A DNA stretch of 64,000 bases from Phototrophicaceae bacterium (lineage in GTDB: Bacteria; Chloroflexota; Anaerolineae; Aggregatilineales; Phototrophicaceae). Position 1 is the first letter of the stretch. Every line of letters begins with the position of its first letter. The stretch lies in the NCBI GenBank assembly GCA_965203755.1, contig OZ241910.1, positions 1,309,287 to 1,373,286 of the forward strand. The letters run 5' to 3'. The position numbers were made by a program, and so were the translations under genes. The notes under the pieces are model-generated. The model was not told the origin of the DNA. It saw nothing but the letters and a program-made list of their open reading frames with translations, and did no database searches. Of this stretch, positions 37,039 through 45,511 are shown piece by piece.

Positions 37039-38052
37039 TCAACTGTAGCTGATGCGCGGGTCAAGCAGGCCGTAAATCACATCGGCGACGATGTTGAATA
37101 GCACCACCAGCACCCCATAGATAAAAAGCACTGTCACCACCGTCGGATCGTCGCCGCCCTCAATGGCGATGATGAGATAGTGTCCGATGCCGTTGACGCG
37201 GAAAATCTGCTCGGTGATCAGCGCGCCGGAAAAGACGCCGGGGACGCCCAGCGCCAGCAGCGTCACCACCGGGATTAAACTGTTGCGGACCGCATGGCGG
37301 GTCACCACCGTGCGCTCGCTCAAGCCTTTGGAGCGCGCCGTGCGGATGTAATCCTGCTGGAGATTATCGAGGGTCGAGGCGCGGGTATAGCGGCCTAGCT
37401 GGGCAGTATAAAACAGGGTCAGCACCGCCACCGGCATAAACATCTGCCGCAGCTGCACTTGCAGCGATTCGATATCGGTGACTACGTGGGTGGTGTCATA
37501 GAGCGAGGGAAACCACTTGAGATTGACGCTGAAGATGATGATGAACATCAAGCCGGTGAAGAAGGTCGGCACTGAAAAGCCGAGCATCATCGTGAAGGTG
37601 CCCACCTGGTCAAACAGCGAATACTGCTTGTAGGCGGAAAACACGGCGATGGGCACAGCAATCAAGGTGCCCAGAATATAGGCCGAGCCGACCACCCACA
37701 GGGTTTGCGGCAGACGTTCGGCAATGATGTCCATAATCGGCCCGCGCGTCTGATAAGAGATGATGCGGGTTCGGTCTTCGGAGCCGGGCAGGGTGACGCC
37801 GGTCGCGGTTTCAAACAAATTCATGGGTTCGGAAATAAAGAACTGTCTGATCCATTTGAGGTATTTGACGGCGAAGGGATCGTCGGCGCCCAGGGCATCG
37901 CGGATTCTTTGCCGCGTTTCCTGCGGGATGGTCATTGGCAGGCCGCTAGTCGGGTCGGCCGGCGACAACTCCACAATCACAAAAATAATAAAACTCATAA
38001 CAAGGATGGTCGGTATGGCGGTCAACAAACGTCTAATAATGTATTTGCCCAT
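37039..38052 (-). CDS. peptide/nickel ABC transporter permease (DppB/OppB-like)
   Basis: MGKYIIRRLL... N-terminus and an EAA-loop region typical of DppB. Confidence 0.85.
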   Translation of the reverse strand: MGKYIIRRLLTAIPTILVMSFIIFVIVELSPADPTSGLPMTIPQETRQRIRDALGADDPFAVKYLKWIRQFFISEPMNLFETATGVTLPGSEDRTRIISYQTRGPIMDIIAERLPQTLWVVGSAYILGTLIAVPIAVFSAYKQYSLFDQVGTFTMMLGFSVPTFFTGLMFIIIFSVNLKWFPSLYDTTHVVTDIESLQVQLRQMFMPVAVLTLFYTAQLGRYTRASTLDNLQQDYIRTARSKGLSERTVVTRHAVRNSLIPVVTLLALGVPGVFSGALITEQIFRVNGIGHYLIIAIEGGDDPTVVTVLFIYGVLVVLFNIVADVIYGLLDPRISYS

Positions 38053-38087
38053 AGCCTCACCTTATCAATGACTTGGCTGGCGTTCAA

Positions 38088-38114
38088 AAGAGGGCGGCGA
38101 CCGGCCGCCCTCTT
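38088..38114 (-). terminator. intrinsic terminator/attenuator between SBP and permease genes
   Basis: 11-bp GC-rich stem (AAGAGGGCGGC/GCCGCCCTCTT) with a 5-nt loop, running into TTTT on the minus strand. Confidence 0.5.
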
Positions 38115-38143
38115 GCTTGCATTTTATAGATTGGAAGGCCGCG

Positions 38144-39856
38144 CTAGTTACGCGTCCATTCAGCGATATTCCAAAGTTCGGAATCCCAGGCATTTATAGC
38201 AGCGCCGGACAGCGAATTTGAAATAGCCGAGACACTGGCGCGGAAGACCAGCGGGATAAACGCGCCGTTCTGAACCATCAGATCATTCATCTGAACCGCC
38301 AGAGCAATGCGGTCTTCCAGCGGGAATGTCGTTGCCATTTCGTCCAGCAGCGCGTCATACTCTTCGCTGTAGAAGCGCGGATTGTTTGAACCTGACCACT
38401 TGTTCCAGGGACCGGTGATTTCGGTCGTGCGCCAGCTGCCCAAATAAGGCTCTGGATCAGGGCCATTAGAACCGTTGGTGTACATTTCGATATCGGTGTA
38501 GAACTTGTTGTAGGTATCCGGGCTGGCGACATCGCCGCCAAAAAACACCGACGCGCTGATGTTGCGGAGTTCGGTTTCGATGCCGATCTCTCCCCACCAC
38601 TGCTTGATCAATGCCTGCGTGCTTTGACGAACGGCATTGGTCGAGGTCTGATAGGTAACGCTTAGCGGAACGCCGTTGAACTCGCGCACGCCGTCGCCGT
38701 CGCTGTCGACGATGCCGGCTTCGTCCAGCATAGCATTGGCGCCATCAATATCCTGCGTCAAGCAAGCATCATTGTTGGGTGAAGCATACCATGCAGGTCC
38801 AGAAACAACGTTGCAGGTCGCTACACCGCCCTTGCCATATAGCTGTTCAGCAATGATATTGCGGTCAATCGCCATCGACATCGCCTGCCAAACGGCCGGT
38901 TCGGTCAAGAAGGGGTGCGCGTTAGAGCCATCCTCCATCCAGACCGAGCGGGTATCTTCATCCAGCATCGGATCGGGATTGGTCTGGTTGACAAGCAGGC
39001 GCTCGACGTTGTTCGCATATTCGGCGACAACGGTGCCAAGCCCAGCCGCTTCCATAGCATTCAGCACCGCCGGCGAAATCTGCAAGTTCCAGGCATAGTC
39101 GGCTTCGCCGGTTTCCAGCACGGCGCGGGCCGCCGATTCGGCATCGCCGCCGCCCTTGAAGACCATGCGGTCAAAGTACGGCTGCCCTTCGACGCGGTAA
39201 TTCGGATTGGCGGTGTAGGTGACCACATCATTGACGCGGAATTCATCAACGACGAAGGGACCAGTGCCAATCGGCGCGAAGTTGTCTTCCGAGCATTCGA
39301 GCGACGCGGCGCCGATGCAGTCCTCAAACTGCGCTTTTTGGATAATCGGCGTCAGGTAGCCGACGAAAGGTCCATAGACAAATGCTTTAGGAACAGTGAA
39401 GTTGATCTTGACGGTAAGATCATCCAAAGCCTCGAAGGATTCCACGCCGTCAAACTGGTTCAATACAGAGCAGCCAGTGTCTGGGTGCATGCAAAATTCG
39501 CCGCTGAAGACGACATCATCGGCCGTCAATGGCGAGCCATCCGACCAGAGGATGCCCTCTTGCAGCGTCCAGGTGACAGAAGTCAGATCTTCCGCTACTC
39601 CGCCATTTTCGAGAGTCGGGATCTCGGCCGCCAGCCATGGCACCATCTCACCGGCGGGGTCATACCGCGCCAGTGGCTCGAGCACCGAAGCCGCCGCCTC
39701 GAATTCTTTAGTGCCAGAAGCCAAATAGGGGTTCATCTGCGACGCCGCCTGCCAGAACAGGATGTTGACGGTGTCGGCGCTTTGCGCCACAGCGATGCCG
39801 CCAAACGACGACAGCACCATAACGACGACCAATAAAAGAGTTAGTTTAGTTTTCAT
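38144..39856 (-). CDS. ABC transporter substrate-binding protein, family 5 (peptide/nickel)
   Basis: Signal peptide MKTKLTLLLVVVMVLSS... and SBP_bac_5-like length and motifs. The start is set at 39856. Confidence 0.85.
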   Translation of the reverse strand: MKTKLTLLLVVVMVLSSFGGIAVAQSADTVNILFWQAASQMNPYLASGTKEFEAAASVLEPLARYDPAGEMVPWLAAEIPTLENGGVAEDLTSVTWTLQEGILWSDGSPLTADDVVFSGEFCMHPDTGCSVLNQFDGVESFEALDDLTVKINFTVPKAFVYGPFVGYLTPIIQKAQFEDCIGAASLECSEDNFAPIGTGPFVVDEFRVNDVVTYTANPNYRVEGQPYFDRMVFKGGGDAESAARAVLETGEADYAWNLQISPAVLNAMEAAGLGTVVAEYANNVERLLVNQTNPDPMLDEDTRSVWMEDGSNAHPFLTEPAVWQAMSMAIDRNIIAEQLYGKGGVATCNVVSGPAWYASPNNDACLTQDIDGANAMLDEAGIVDSDGDGVREFNGVPLSVTYQTSTNAVRQSTQALIKQWWGEIGIETELRNISASVFFGGDVASPDTYNKFYTDIEMYTNGSNGPDPEPYLGSWRTTEITGPWNKWSGSNNPRFYSEEYDALLDEMATTFPLEDRIALAVQMNDLMVQNGAFIPLVFRASVSAISNSLSGAAINAWDSELWNIAEWTRN

Positions 39857-40216
39857 AACATTCCTCGCTAATAGATTGAACAGATTACGATAGTACAGCA
39901 TTAATAATATACTAACAAAAGGAATTATCCGCAAATCCTATTTTTGAGAAAATGATATACTCTTTATGTTTCAGCGAAAGTCCTAATCCTAATTTCGCGC
40001 TTGCGGGACAGGATGAGGCGCGGGACTGGCATAGAAGAATATGCAATGGTATGAGCGCCTGGTCAGCACCCACTAACTGGCGTTTTGTCAGTGAATCCCG
40101 AGTTGATGGGACTTGTTGATCAATTCATTGACTGGCGCTGAACAGTCGGACGCGAACTTAAAGCCGGGCTAGACAGCGGCGCCGAGCGAGTTGGAATGCG
40201 AGGAAACGCGGTCTTG

Positions 40217-40288
40217 TGAGCACGGCAGGATTCGAACCTGCAACCAATTGATTAAAAGTCAACTGCGCTGCCATTGCGCCACGTGCCC
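40217..40288 (-). tRNA. tRNA-Lys (anticodon UUU)
   Basis: Minus-strand sequence GGGCACG-TG-GCGC..GCGC-A-GTTGA-CTTTTAA-TCAAT-..GCAGG-TTCGAAT-CCTGC-CGTGCTC-A folds as a cloverleaf. CCA is not encoded. Confidence 0.9.
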
Positions 40289-40425
40289 GTATCGCCAAGA
40301 AGTATATCGAAACGCATCGCCGGAATCAAGCCGCAGTTGAAGCGGCGAACTTGCGCGGGGCCGCATCAGCGGCATACAGATGGTTCAATATGGAAAAACA
40401 GCTAAGTTAAATTGCCGTAATCTGA

Positions 40426-40455
40426 ATGACAATGTTATACTTGATTGGTTATAAT
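40426..40455 (+). promoter_or_regulatory. promoter-like -35 ATGACA / 18 bp / -10 TATAAT upstream of STAND gene
   Basis: Hexamers at 40426..40431 and 40450..40455, about 38 nt before ATG 40493. Confidence 0.45.
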
Positions 40456-40492
40456 ATACTGATTAAGTCGATCATTCATGGTTGGGGGAACT

Positions 40493-43198
40493 ATGGCAGA
40501 GCTTAAACCCCTTGAAGCGCCGGTCACTGCGGTAGCTGATTTGCCCTTGCGCCGTCCCGGGCGGCCCTTTGGGCGCGACAGCATCCTCAAGACGGTTCTT
40601 TCGGAGTTGCAGCAAAATCAAAAGGTGGCGCTGCATGGCGCATCGGGTATTGGCAAAACAACGATTGCGGCGACGATTGCCAGTGTCTATGCACAGCAAG
40701 CCAATCAGTCGGTTTTGTGGCTGAACAGCCATAACCCGCCGCTGTCAGAATTGATGGTGCGGATCGGACGCGCCTACCGCGTGCCTGACATGAGCGCCAG
40801 CCAAAACCCGCTCGGCAAAGCCCCGGCCCTTGCCAGCCGCTTCAATCAGCACAAACCCCTGCTTGTCCTCGACGGTGAGATCCAAGCATCGGTTTTATCC
40901 GCGCTGATCGAGCGCTGCGCGGCTGATATTCCCGTCCTGGTCACGACGACCGCGGCGCTTGACGGCGGCAGCTGGCGCAATCGCTTGATTGGCAGATTAG
41001 CCGATTCGGATGCGGTCCGGCTGTTCAAACAGAAAGCCGGCATTCAAAAAAATCAATTTGACACCATTGTGTACTCAATTGCCGAGCGCGTCAATTTTGA
41101 AGCCTTCCCCCTGGCATTAGCCGCCCGGTCGATGATTATCTCCCGCCAGTCTCCCCACGATTTCAACGAAACCCTGCACGAACTGCTTGACAGTCTGGAC
41201 AACCGCGGCACCATCGCCGCCTTGACAGCCAGCTATCGCTCCTTGAACCAAAGACTGCGCGATTTACTGCTGGCCGTGGGCGGCACCCTGCGCGGCGAGG
41301 GGTCAGCCGCATTCCTAAGCCAGGTGAGCGGCGTGACCGCGGCAAGTTTTGACCAGGCGATGACTATTTTATCGCGCCTGTTCCTTGTCGACCGATTCCA
41401 ACGTTATGGCGAACCCTACTACCGTCTGCATCCGCTGGTGCATGATTTCCTCAAAACCTGGTCGCAAAATGTCAACAGCATCGATCTGATACGTTCCGAC
41501 ATCAAAGACGCCATCCGCGGCTATTTGGCGACCTACAGCCAAAGCCCCGATGCCAATAGGCGTCTGGCGGCCGAGATGGATAATTTCATCGCCACGGCGT
41601 ATTGGGCAGCCGAGCATGGCGACCGCGGTCTGGCGGCGGCCATTGGCGCCGTTTTATCACAGCAGGATGACTTTGTGCAGTCGGCGGGTTACAGCTATGA
41701 ACTTTCGTTCTTGCAGGCCATCAGCGCCGGGACAGCCGCCGAGTTTCTGGCGGACAGCAATGAGGAAGTCCCCGCCGCCGAAGCCGCGGCAGATGATACG
41801 GCGGCGGAAGACCTGGCGCATGACGCCGAAGACGAATCGGAACTTGAGGCCGCTGAAGACACGGTGGACGCTGAAGAAGCCGCCGCCGGTGACTCGGCGC
41901 TTGTCCCGGCCGGCGATGTCAGTCTCCAGTCGATGAATATCGACCAGCTTCGCACAGCGCTCGACCTTGCCCGTCAGAATGATGAGACAGACCGCCAGCT
42001 TGAGATCCTGAAAGCCATTGCCGGGCTGCAAATCAGTCAGGGAGACGAAAGCGAAGCCCTGGCAGCCTATGGCGAAGCGCTGGAGATTTATGAAAGCGGC
42101 GAGGATAAGGAAGGCGTTCTGGAAACGTTGGATGCGCTGGCTGGATTATTGATCAATTCCGAAGCGGCGCCGGCGGCCATAGAACAGGTCAGGCTGCGTA
42201 CCGCGCTGAGTCTTGCCCGCCAGCATCAGGACACCACGCGCCGGCTGCATATTTTGCAAGCCATTGGCAAGGCGCAAATCAGTCAGGGAGACGAAAGCGA
42301 AGCCGTGGCCACGTACAGCGAAATACTGAACATCTATGAAGCCGACGAAGACCGGCAAGGCATCCTGGACACCCTGGATATGCTGGCGGGGCTGCTGATT
42401 CGCACCGAAGCTATCCTGACGGCTTTTACGCATATCCAGCGCGGGCTGCACCTGGCGGAAGAGCTTGGCGATGAGGACACCGAAATGCACCTGCAAACCA
42501 CGCGCGGGGATGCTCATCAGGAATTGGGTGAATCCGTGTCGGCGGTCGAGGCTTATGAACTGGCTTTGTCTGTTGCCCGCGACCGCGACGACAAGCAGAA
42601 TGAAGCGCTGATTTTACATAAGCTGGGGCTGGCGCATCTGGACGCCGGGGATGCCGCCCGCGCCATTCAGGCATTGGAACAGGCGAACGATCTCTTCAAG
42701 CAGCAGTCCAGACGGGCGATGGAAGGTCAAGCGCTGCGCGGCTTGGGCTCCGCCCATGCCGCCTTGGAACGTTGGAGCGAAGCGGTCAACTTTCATACAT
42801 CGGCGCTGCATATCGCCCGTGAAATTGGCAATGACGACCAAGAGGCGCGGCAGCTGCGGCAGCTTGGTCAGCTTTTAATCGAAGCCAATCGTCTGCCCGA
42901 AGCCCTGACGCGCTATCGTCAGGCGCTTCACATGGCTTACCAAGCAGAAGCGGCAGAAGATATCGTCGCCGTGATTGTGGAACTGGTCACGTTGATGATG
43001 AGGAACGCGTTCCTGGCATCGATTGCTGAATTATTGATTGATGATGCCATGAGCTACGGCGCCGACAATCGGGATGTGCTGCGGCTGCGGGACGAAATCG
43101 CTTTGGCGAAAAAACAGGCACAAGAAAACAGCGCCGCCTTGGCCGAAGTGGCCGGCACCGCCCGAGATTACGCCGCCAACGCCTACCGCTTGAGTTGA
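40493..43198 (+). CDS. STAND NTPase: NB-ARC-like ATPase + acidic linker + TPR array, no N-terminal effector domain
   Basis: Walker A GASGIGKTT, Walker B LLVLDG, VLVTTT, a FPLALA (GxP-like) motif and LHPLVHDF. The C-terminus carries TPR-like repeats. GGGGGA precedes ATG 40493, and the ORF also opens at 40478. Confidence 0.75.
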   Translation: MAELKPLEAPVTAVADLPLRRPGRPFGRDSILKTVLSELQQNQKVALHGASGIGKTTIAATIASVYAQQANQSVLWLNSHNPPLSELMVRIGRAYRVPDMSASQNPLGKAPALASRFNQHKPLLVLDGEIQASVLSALIERCAADIPVLVTTTAALDGGSWRNRLIGRLADSDAVRLFKQKAGIQKNQFDTIVYSIAERVNFEAFPLALAARSMIISRQSPHDFNETLHELLDSLDNRGTIAALTASYRSLNQRLRDLLLAVGGTLRGEGSAAFLSQVSGVTAASFDQAMTILSRLFLVDRFQRYGEPYYRLHPLVHDFLKTWSQNVNSIDLIRSDIKDAIRGYLATYSQSPDANRRLAAEMDNFIATAYWAAEHGDRGLAAAIGAVLSQQDDFVQSAGYSYELSFLQAISAGTAAEFLADSNEEVPAAEAAADDTAAEDLAHDAEDESELEAAEDTVDAEEAAAGDSALVPAGDVSLQSMNIDQLRTALDLARQNDETDRQLEILKAIAGLQISQGDESEALAAYGEALEIYESGEDKEGVLETLDALAGLLINSEAAPAAIEQVRLRTALSLARQHQDTTRRLHILQAIGKAQISQGDESEAVATYSEILNIYEADEDRQGILDTLDMLAGLLIRTEAILTAFTHIQRGLHLAEELGDEDTEMHLQTTRGDAHQELGESVSAVEAYELALSVARDRDDKQNEALILHKLGLAHLDAGDAARAIQALEQANDLFKQQSRRAMEGQALRGLGSAHAALERWSEAVNFHTSALHIAREIGNDDQEARQLRQLGQLLIEANRLPEALTRYRQALHMAYQAEAAEDIVAVIVELVTLMMRNAFLASIAELLIDDAMSYGADNRDVLRLRDEIALAKKQAQENSAALAEVAGTARDYAANAYRLS

Positions 43199-43216
43199 TG
43201 CGGAAGTGAAAAGCGA

Positions 43217-43243
43217 CCGGGCGAGCTATGAAGCGTCGCCCGG
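43217..43243 (-). terminator. hairpin between convergent genes (possible terminator)
   Basis: 8-bp stem CCGGGCGA/TCGCCCGG with an 11-nt loop. On the minus strand it is followed by TCGCTTTTC. Confidence 0.3.
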
Positions 43244-43269
43244 CAAAAGTTCAAACCTGGAGCCGGCGG

Positions 43270-43662
43270 CTAATTCTGCGATGCCCGGCGGTTGATGTGG
43301 TCGGGGATATGCTGGAAGAACTGCGTCAGCGAGGTCTGATTGTCCAGGTGATCGCTAATCATGTCAAAGGGCGAAGTCAGGTTTTGCTCGCCGAAGGCGA
43401 TCATCCAGTGATTTCCGTTTCCCTTGACCCACTGGCCCCCATAATGACGGCGGATGGTCTCGCCCAGGAAGGCGCCGAATTTTTCCCTAAGCACGGTTTT
43501 GTCGCCTTCATTTAACTTGGCGCGATGCCGGTCAATGTAAGTATCCAGCCATAAAATCGAATCAGCCGAAAAATCCAGCCGAACATCTTCTTTGTCGCTG
43601 ATGACCTCAATGACCAACTGCGCGTCTTCATGCAGTTCAGATGCTTTTGCCGCGGTATTCAA
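43270..43662 (-). CDS. hypothetical protein (130 aa)
   Basis: TTG start 8 nt after AGAGGAG. No family was recognised by eye. It is the last gene of the minus-strand low-GC run. Confidence 0.45.
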   Translation of the reverse strand: MNTAAKASELHEDAQLVIEVISDKEDVRLDFSADSILWLDTYIDRHRAKLNEGDKTVLREKFGAFLGETIRRHYGGQWVKGNGNHWMIAFGEQNLTSPFDMISDHLDNQTSLTQFFQHIPDHINRRASQN

Positions 43663-43677
43663 GAGACATACTCCTCT

Positions 43678-43902
43678 TTAAGATAGATAGACTTCGGGCG
43701 TGATATGCAGAAAATCGGTTTTCGGACGTAAAAACCTTGCAGTGCGTTTATTTGCTAATGAGCGCCACAGTTTGGATACACTCACAGCGAAAAATCTTAC
43801 AAAGGAAATAGGAAAATTTGATAAAATGTGATTGCTTGCCGCAATACTCCACAGCGTGTCACCAGACCGAACTTCATAACTTGCGCGGCTCAATATGCAC
43901 AT
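43678..43902 (-). CDS. LysM-like small ORF, possibly an endolysin remnant
   Basis: YEVRSGDTLWSIAA matches the first half of a LysM motif. The second half is interrupted or divergent, and there is no catalytic domain. Confidence 0.35.
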   Translation of the reverse strand: MCILSRASYEVRSGDTLWSIAASNHILSNFPISFVRFFAVSVSKLWRSLANKRTARFLRPKTDFLHITPEVYLS

Positions 43903-43908
43903 TAGCCA

Positions 43909-44073
43909 TCACTCATCGCGCATTGCCTGCGTATGCTCAATCACCTCCTCGACCGAAACACAGACGTTGTCGATGAACTGGGCCGCTGGCGGCGCCGCTA
44001 TCGCCAAAGCCACCACAACCGCCGTCAAAGTCCGAATGAATTCTTTCCCATGCTCTTTGATAAAATCCTGCAT
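43909..44073 (-). CDS. unlisted 54-aa single-TM protein (holin-like position)
   Basis: AGGAGG-N7-ATG, translating to MQDFIKEHGKEFIRTLTAVVVALAIAAPPAAQFIDNVCVSVEEVIEHTQAMRDE. It falls below the ORF-track size cut-off. Confidence 0.5.
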   Translation of the reverse strand: MQDFIKEHGKEFIRTLTAVVVALAIAAPPAAQFIDNVCVSVEEVIEHTQAMRDE

Positions 44074-44091
44074 GCCAAGCCTCCTAAAGTT

Positions 44092-44346
44092 TCAATTCCG
44101 ATAACGCAGTTCCCTTATCAGATACGACACACCGAATACAGTTAATAACAGCGCCACCAAGACAAAATTGATCTCGACTGTCCGCTGTACGGTTGTGCTT
44201 TCATAGAGCGGAAGGATTTCCTTCACAAGATGATAACAGACTGTATCAAGGCAAGCAAAAAGATCATCACATACATTGTCAAGTACGACAATGAAAGGTT
44301 CACATAACGGATTAGAGAACGGATCGGTATCAAGCCACTCATCCAT
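44092..44346 (-). CDS. small protein with C-terminal TM helix (holin-like position)
   Basis: 84 aa with TM INFVLVALLLTVFGVSYLI. It overlaps the stop of the upstream fibre-like gene by 8 nt. Confidence 0.45.
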   Translation of the reverse strand: MDEWLDTDPFSNPLCEPFIVVLDNVCDDLFACLDTVCYHLVKEILPLYESTTVQRTVEINFVLVALLLTVFGVSYLIRELRYRN

Positions 44347-44941
44347 AAACGCCCACTTCCAAAGCCGTTAGGATCATCAGACTTGGATTGACAAGCTGAA
44401 CACTTTTAGTCGGTTCATTATCATGGAAACGAATTGTTGGCGAGATGGTTATTTCAGTATCGCGGGTTACCGGCAACGGCGTCTGATAAGTGATTAGTGT
44501 ATTCTCACGAGCCGGCAATCCGCGAAAAACAATATCTGAAGTTTGCCCCGCATTGCCAGATATCATTGCCGTCTGTTGCAAAGAAATATCAGTCGAACCT
44601 TTTTTCAGTCCTAAGATAAACCGTTCACCGTGAATGCTATACGCGATAAACTGCACAGCAAACAGCACTTCATCAGTTTGCGGGGTGAAAGTGAGCTTGC
44701 AGTTGGCATGCCAGGCCGTCAGTGACTGCGGATTGGTCAGAGTAACTGTGCTGTTGATGCCAATCACCGCCTTAAACAGCTTGCTAGCTTGATACACGCC
44801 TGGATACAGCGCATTGACTTTCGGCTGCATGTCCTGCGTCTGGGCGCGCAGAGCATTCAAATTGTCCCGAAACTGCGTGTTGTAATCGCTGGCGATAAGC
44901 GGGTCATTCGTCACCCACGTCTTCGGATTCGTCCACGCCAT
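44339..44941 (-). CDS. phage tail-fibre-like protein, paralog 1
   Basis: N-terminus MAWTNPKTWVTNDPLIASDYNTQFRDNLNALRAQ is shared with 45004..45510. GGAAGGAG RBS. Confidence 0.5.
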   Translation of the reverse strand: MAWTNPKTWVTNDPLIASDYNTQFRDNLNALRAQTQDMQPKVNALYPGVYQASKLFKAVIGINSTVTLTNPQSLTAWHANCKLTFTPQTDEVLFAVQFIAYSIHGERFILGLKKGSTDISLQQTAMISGNAGQTSDIVFRGLPARENTLITYQTPLPVTRDTEITISPTIRFHDNEPTKSVQLVNPSLMILTALEVGVYG

Positions 44942-45003
44942 GCTTAAAACTCCTTCCTGGCCACACGTTCTAATCTAAAAATATCATACTACGTTTACGT
45001 AGA

Positions 45004-45510
45004 CTACAGTTCCATGGCCCAAATCAGATGATCTGCCACACCCAGACTCATCGGTCCGCCAGCCGTGAAGGTCACCGTGAAGGTCACCTCGCCGGCCGCA
45101 AAGCCCAGAAAAACCGTCGACGGCATCAGCGATACCCAGCTGTTGCCCTGCATAAAGCTGTCCAGATACACATCAACCGTCTTTGCCGGGTTAGCCTGAT
45201 AACAGCGCAGACGTAGCTCAAAGCCCACCGTTCCAGACGACGTTGTCTGGAAAGCTACCTGGCACCCCGCCATAATGTTGGCCGATGATTTTGCCACCGT
45301 CAAAACCAGCGCCGGTGAGCCAAACACATCATTGCCAGTCGACATTGACACCGCCGAACTCGACACCGACCGCACCCGCGATACCAGATTCGAAGCCTGA
45401 CCATCCGCTTGAGCTTTCAAATACTCCTGATTGTCACGCACGTATGTATTTAGATTCGCCGCGTTCAGCGGGTCATTTCTTGCCCACGTCTTTGGATTCG
45501 TCCACGCCAT
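45004..45510 (-). CDS. phage tail-fibre-like protein, paralog 2
   Basis: N-terminus MAWTNPKTWARNDPLNAANLNTYVRDNQEYLKAQ, with a divergent C-terminal part. It starts 1 nt after the upstream stop. Confidence 0.5.
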   Translation of the reverse strand: MAWTNPKTWARNDPLNAANLNTYVRDNQEYLKAQADGQASNLVSRVRSVSSSAVSMSTGNDVFGSPALVLTVAKSSANIMAGCQVAFQTTSSGTVGFELRLRCYQANPAKTVDVYLDSFMQGNSWVSLMPSTVFLGFAAGEVTFTVTFTAGGPMSLGVADHLIWAMEL

Positions 45511-45511
45511 A

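Noticed and set aside
40289-43700. Direct-repeat att site, that is a partial copy of the tRNA-Gly or tRNA-Lys 3' end delimiting the island.
   Set aside because: Reading by eye, I found no second copy of agcgggtaacgagattcgaa or of the tRNA-Lys 3' half between the two tRNAs. The island boundaries therefore remain inferred from GC content and gene content only.
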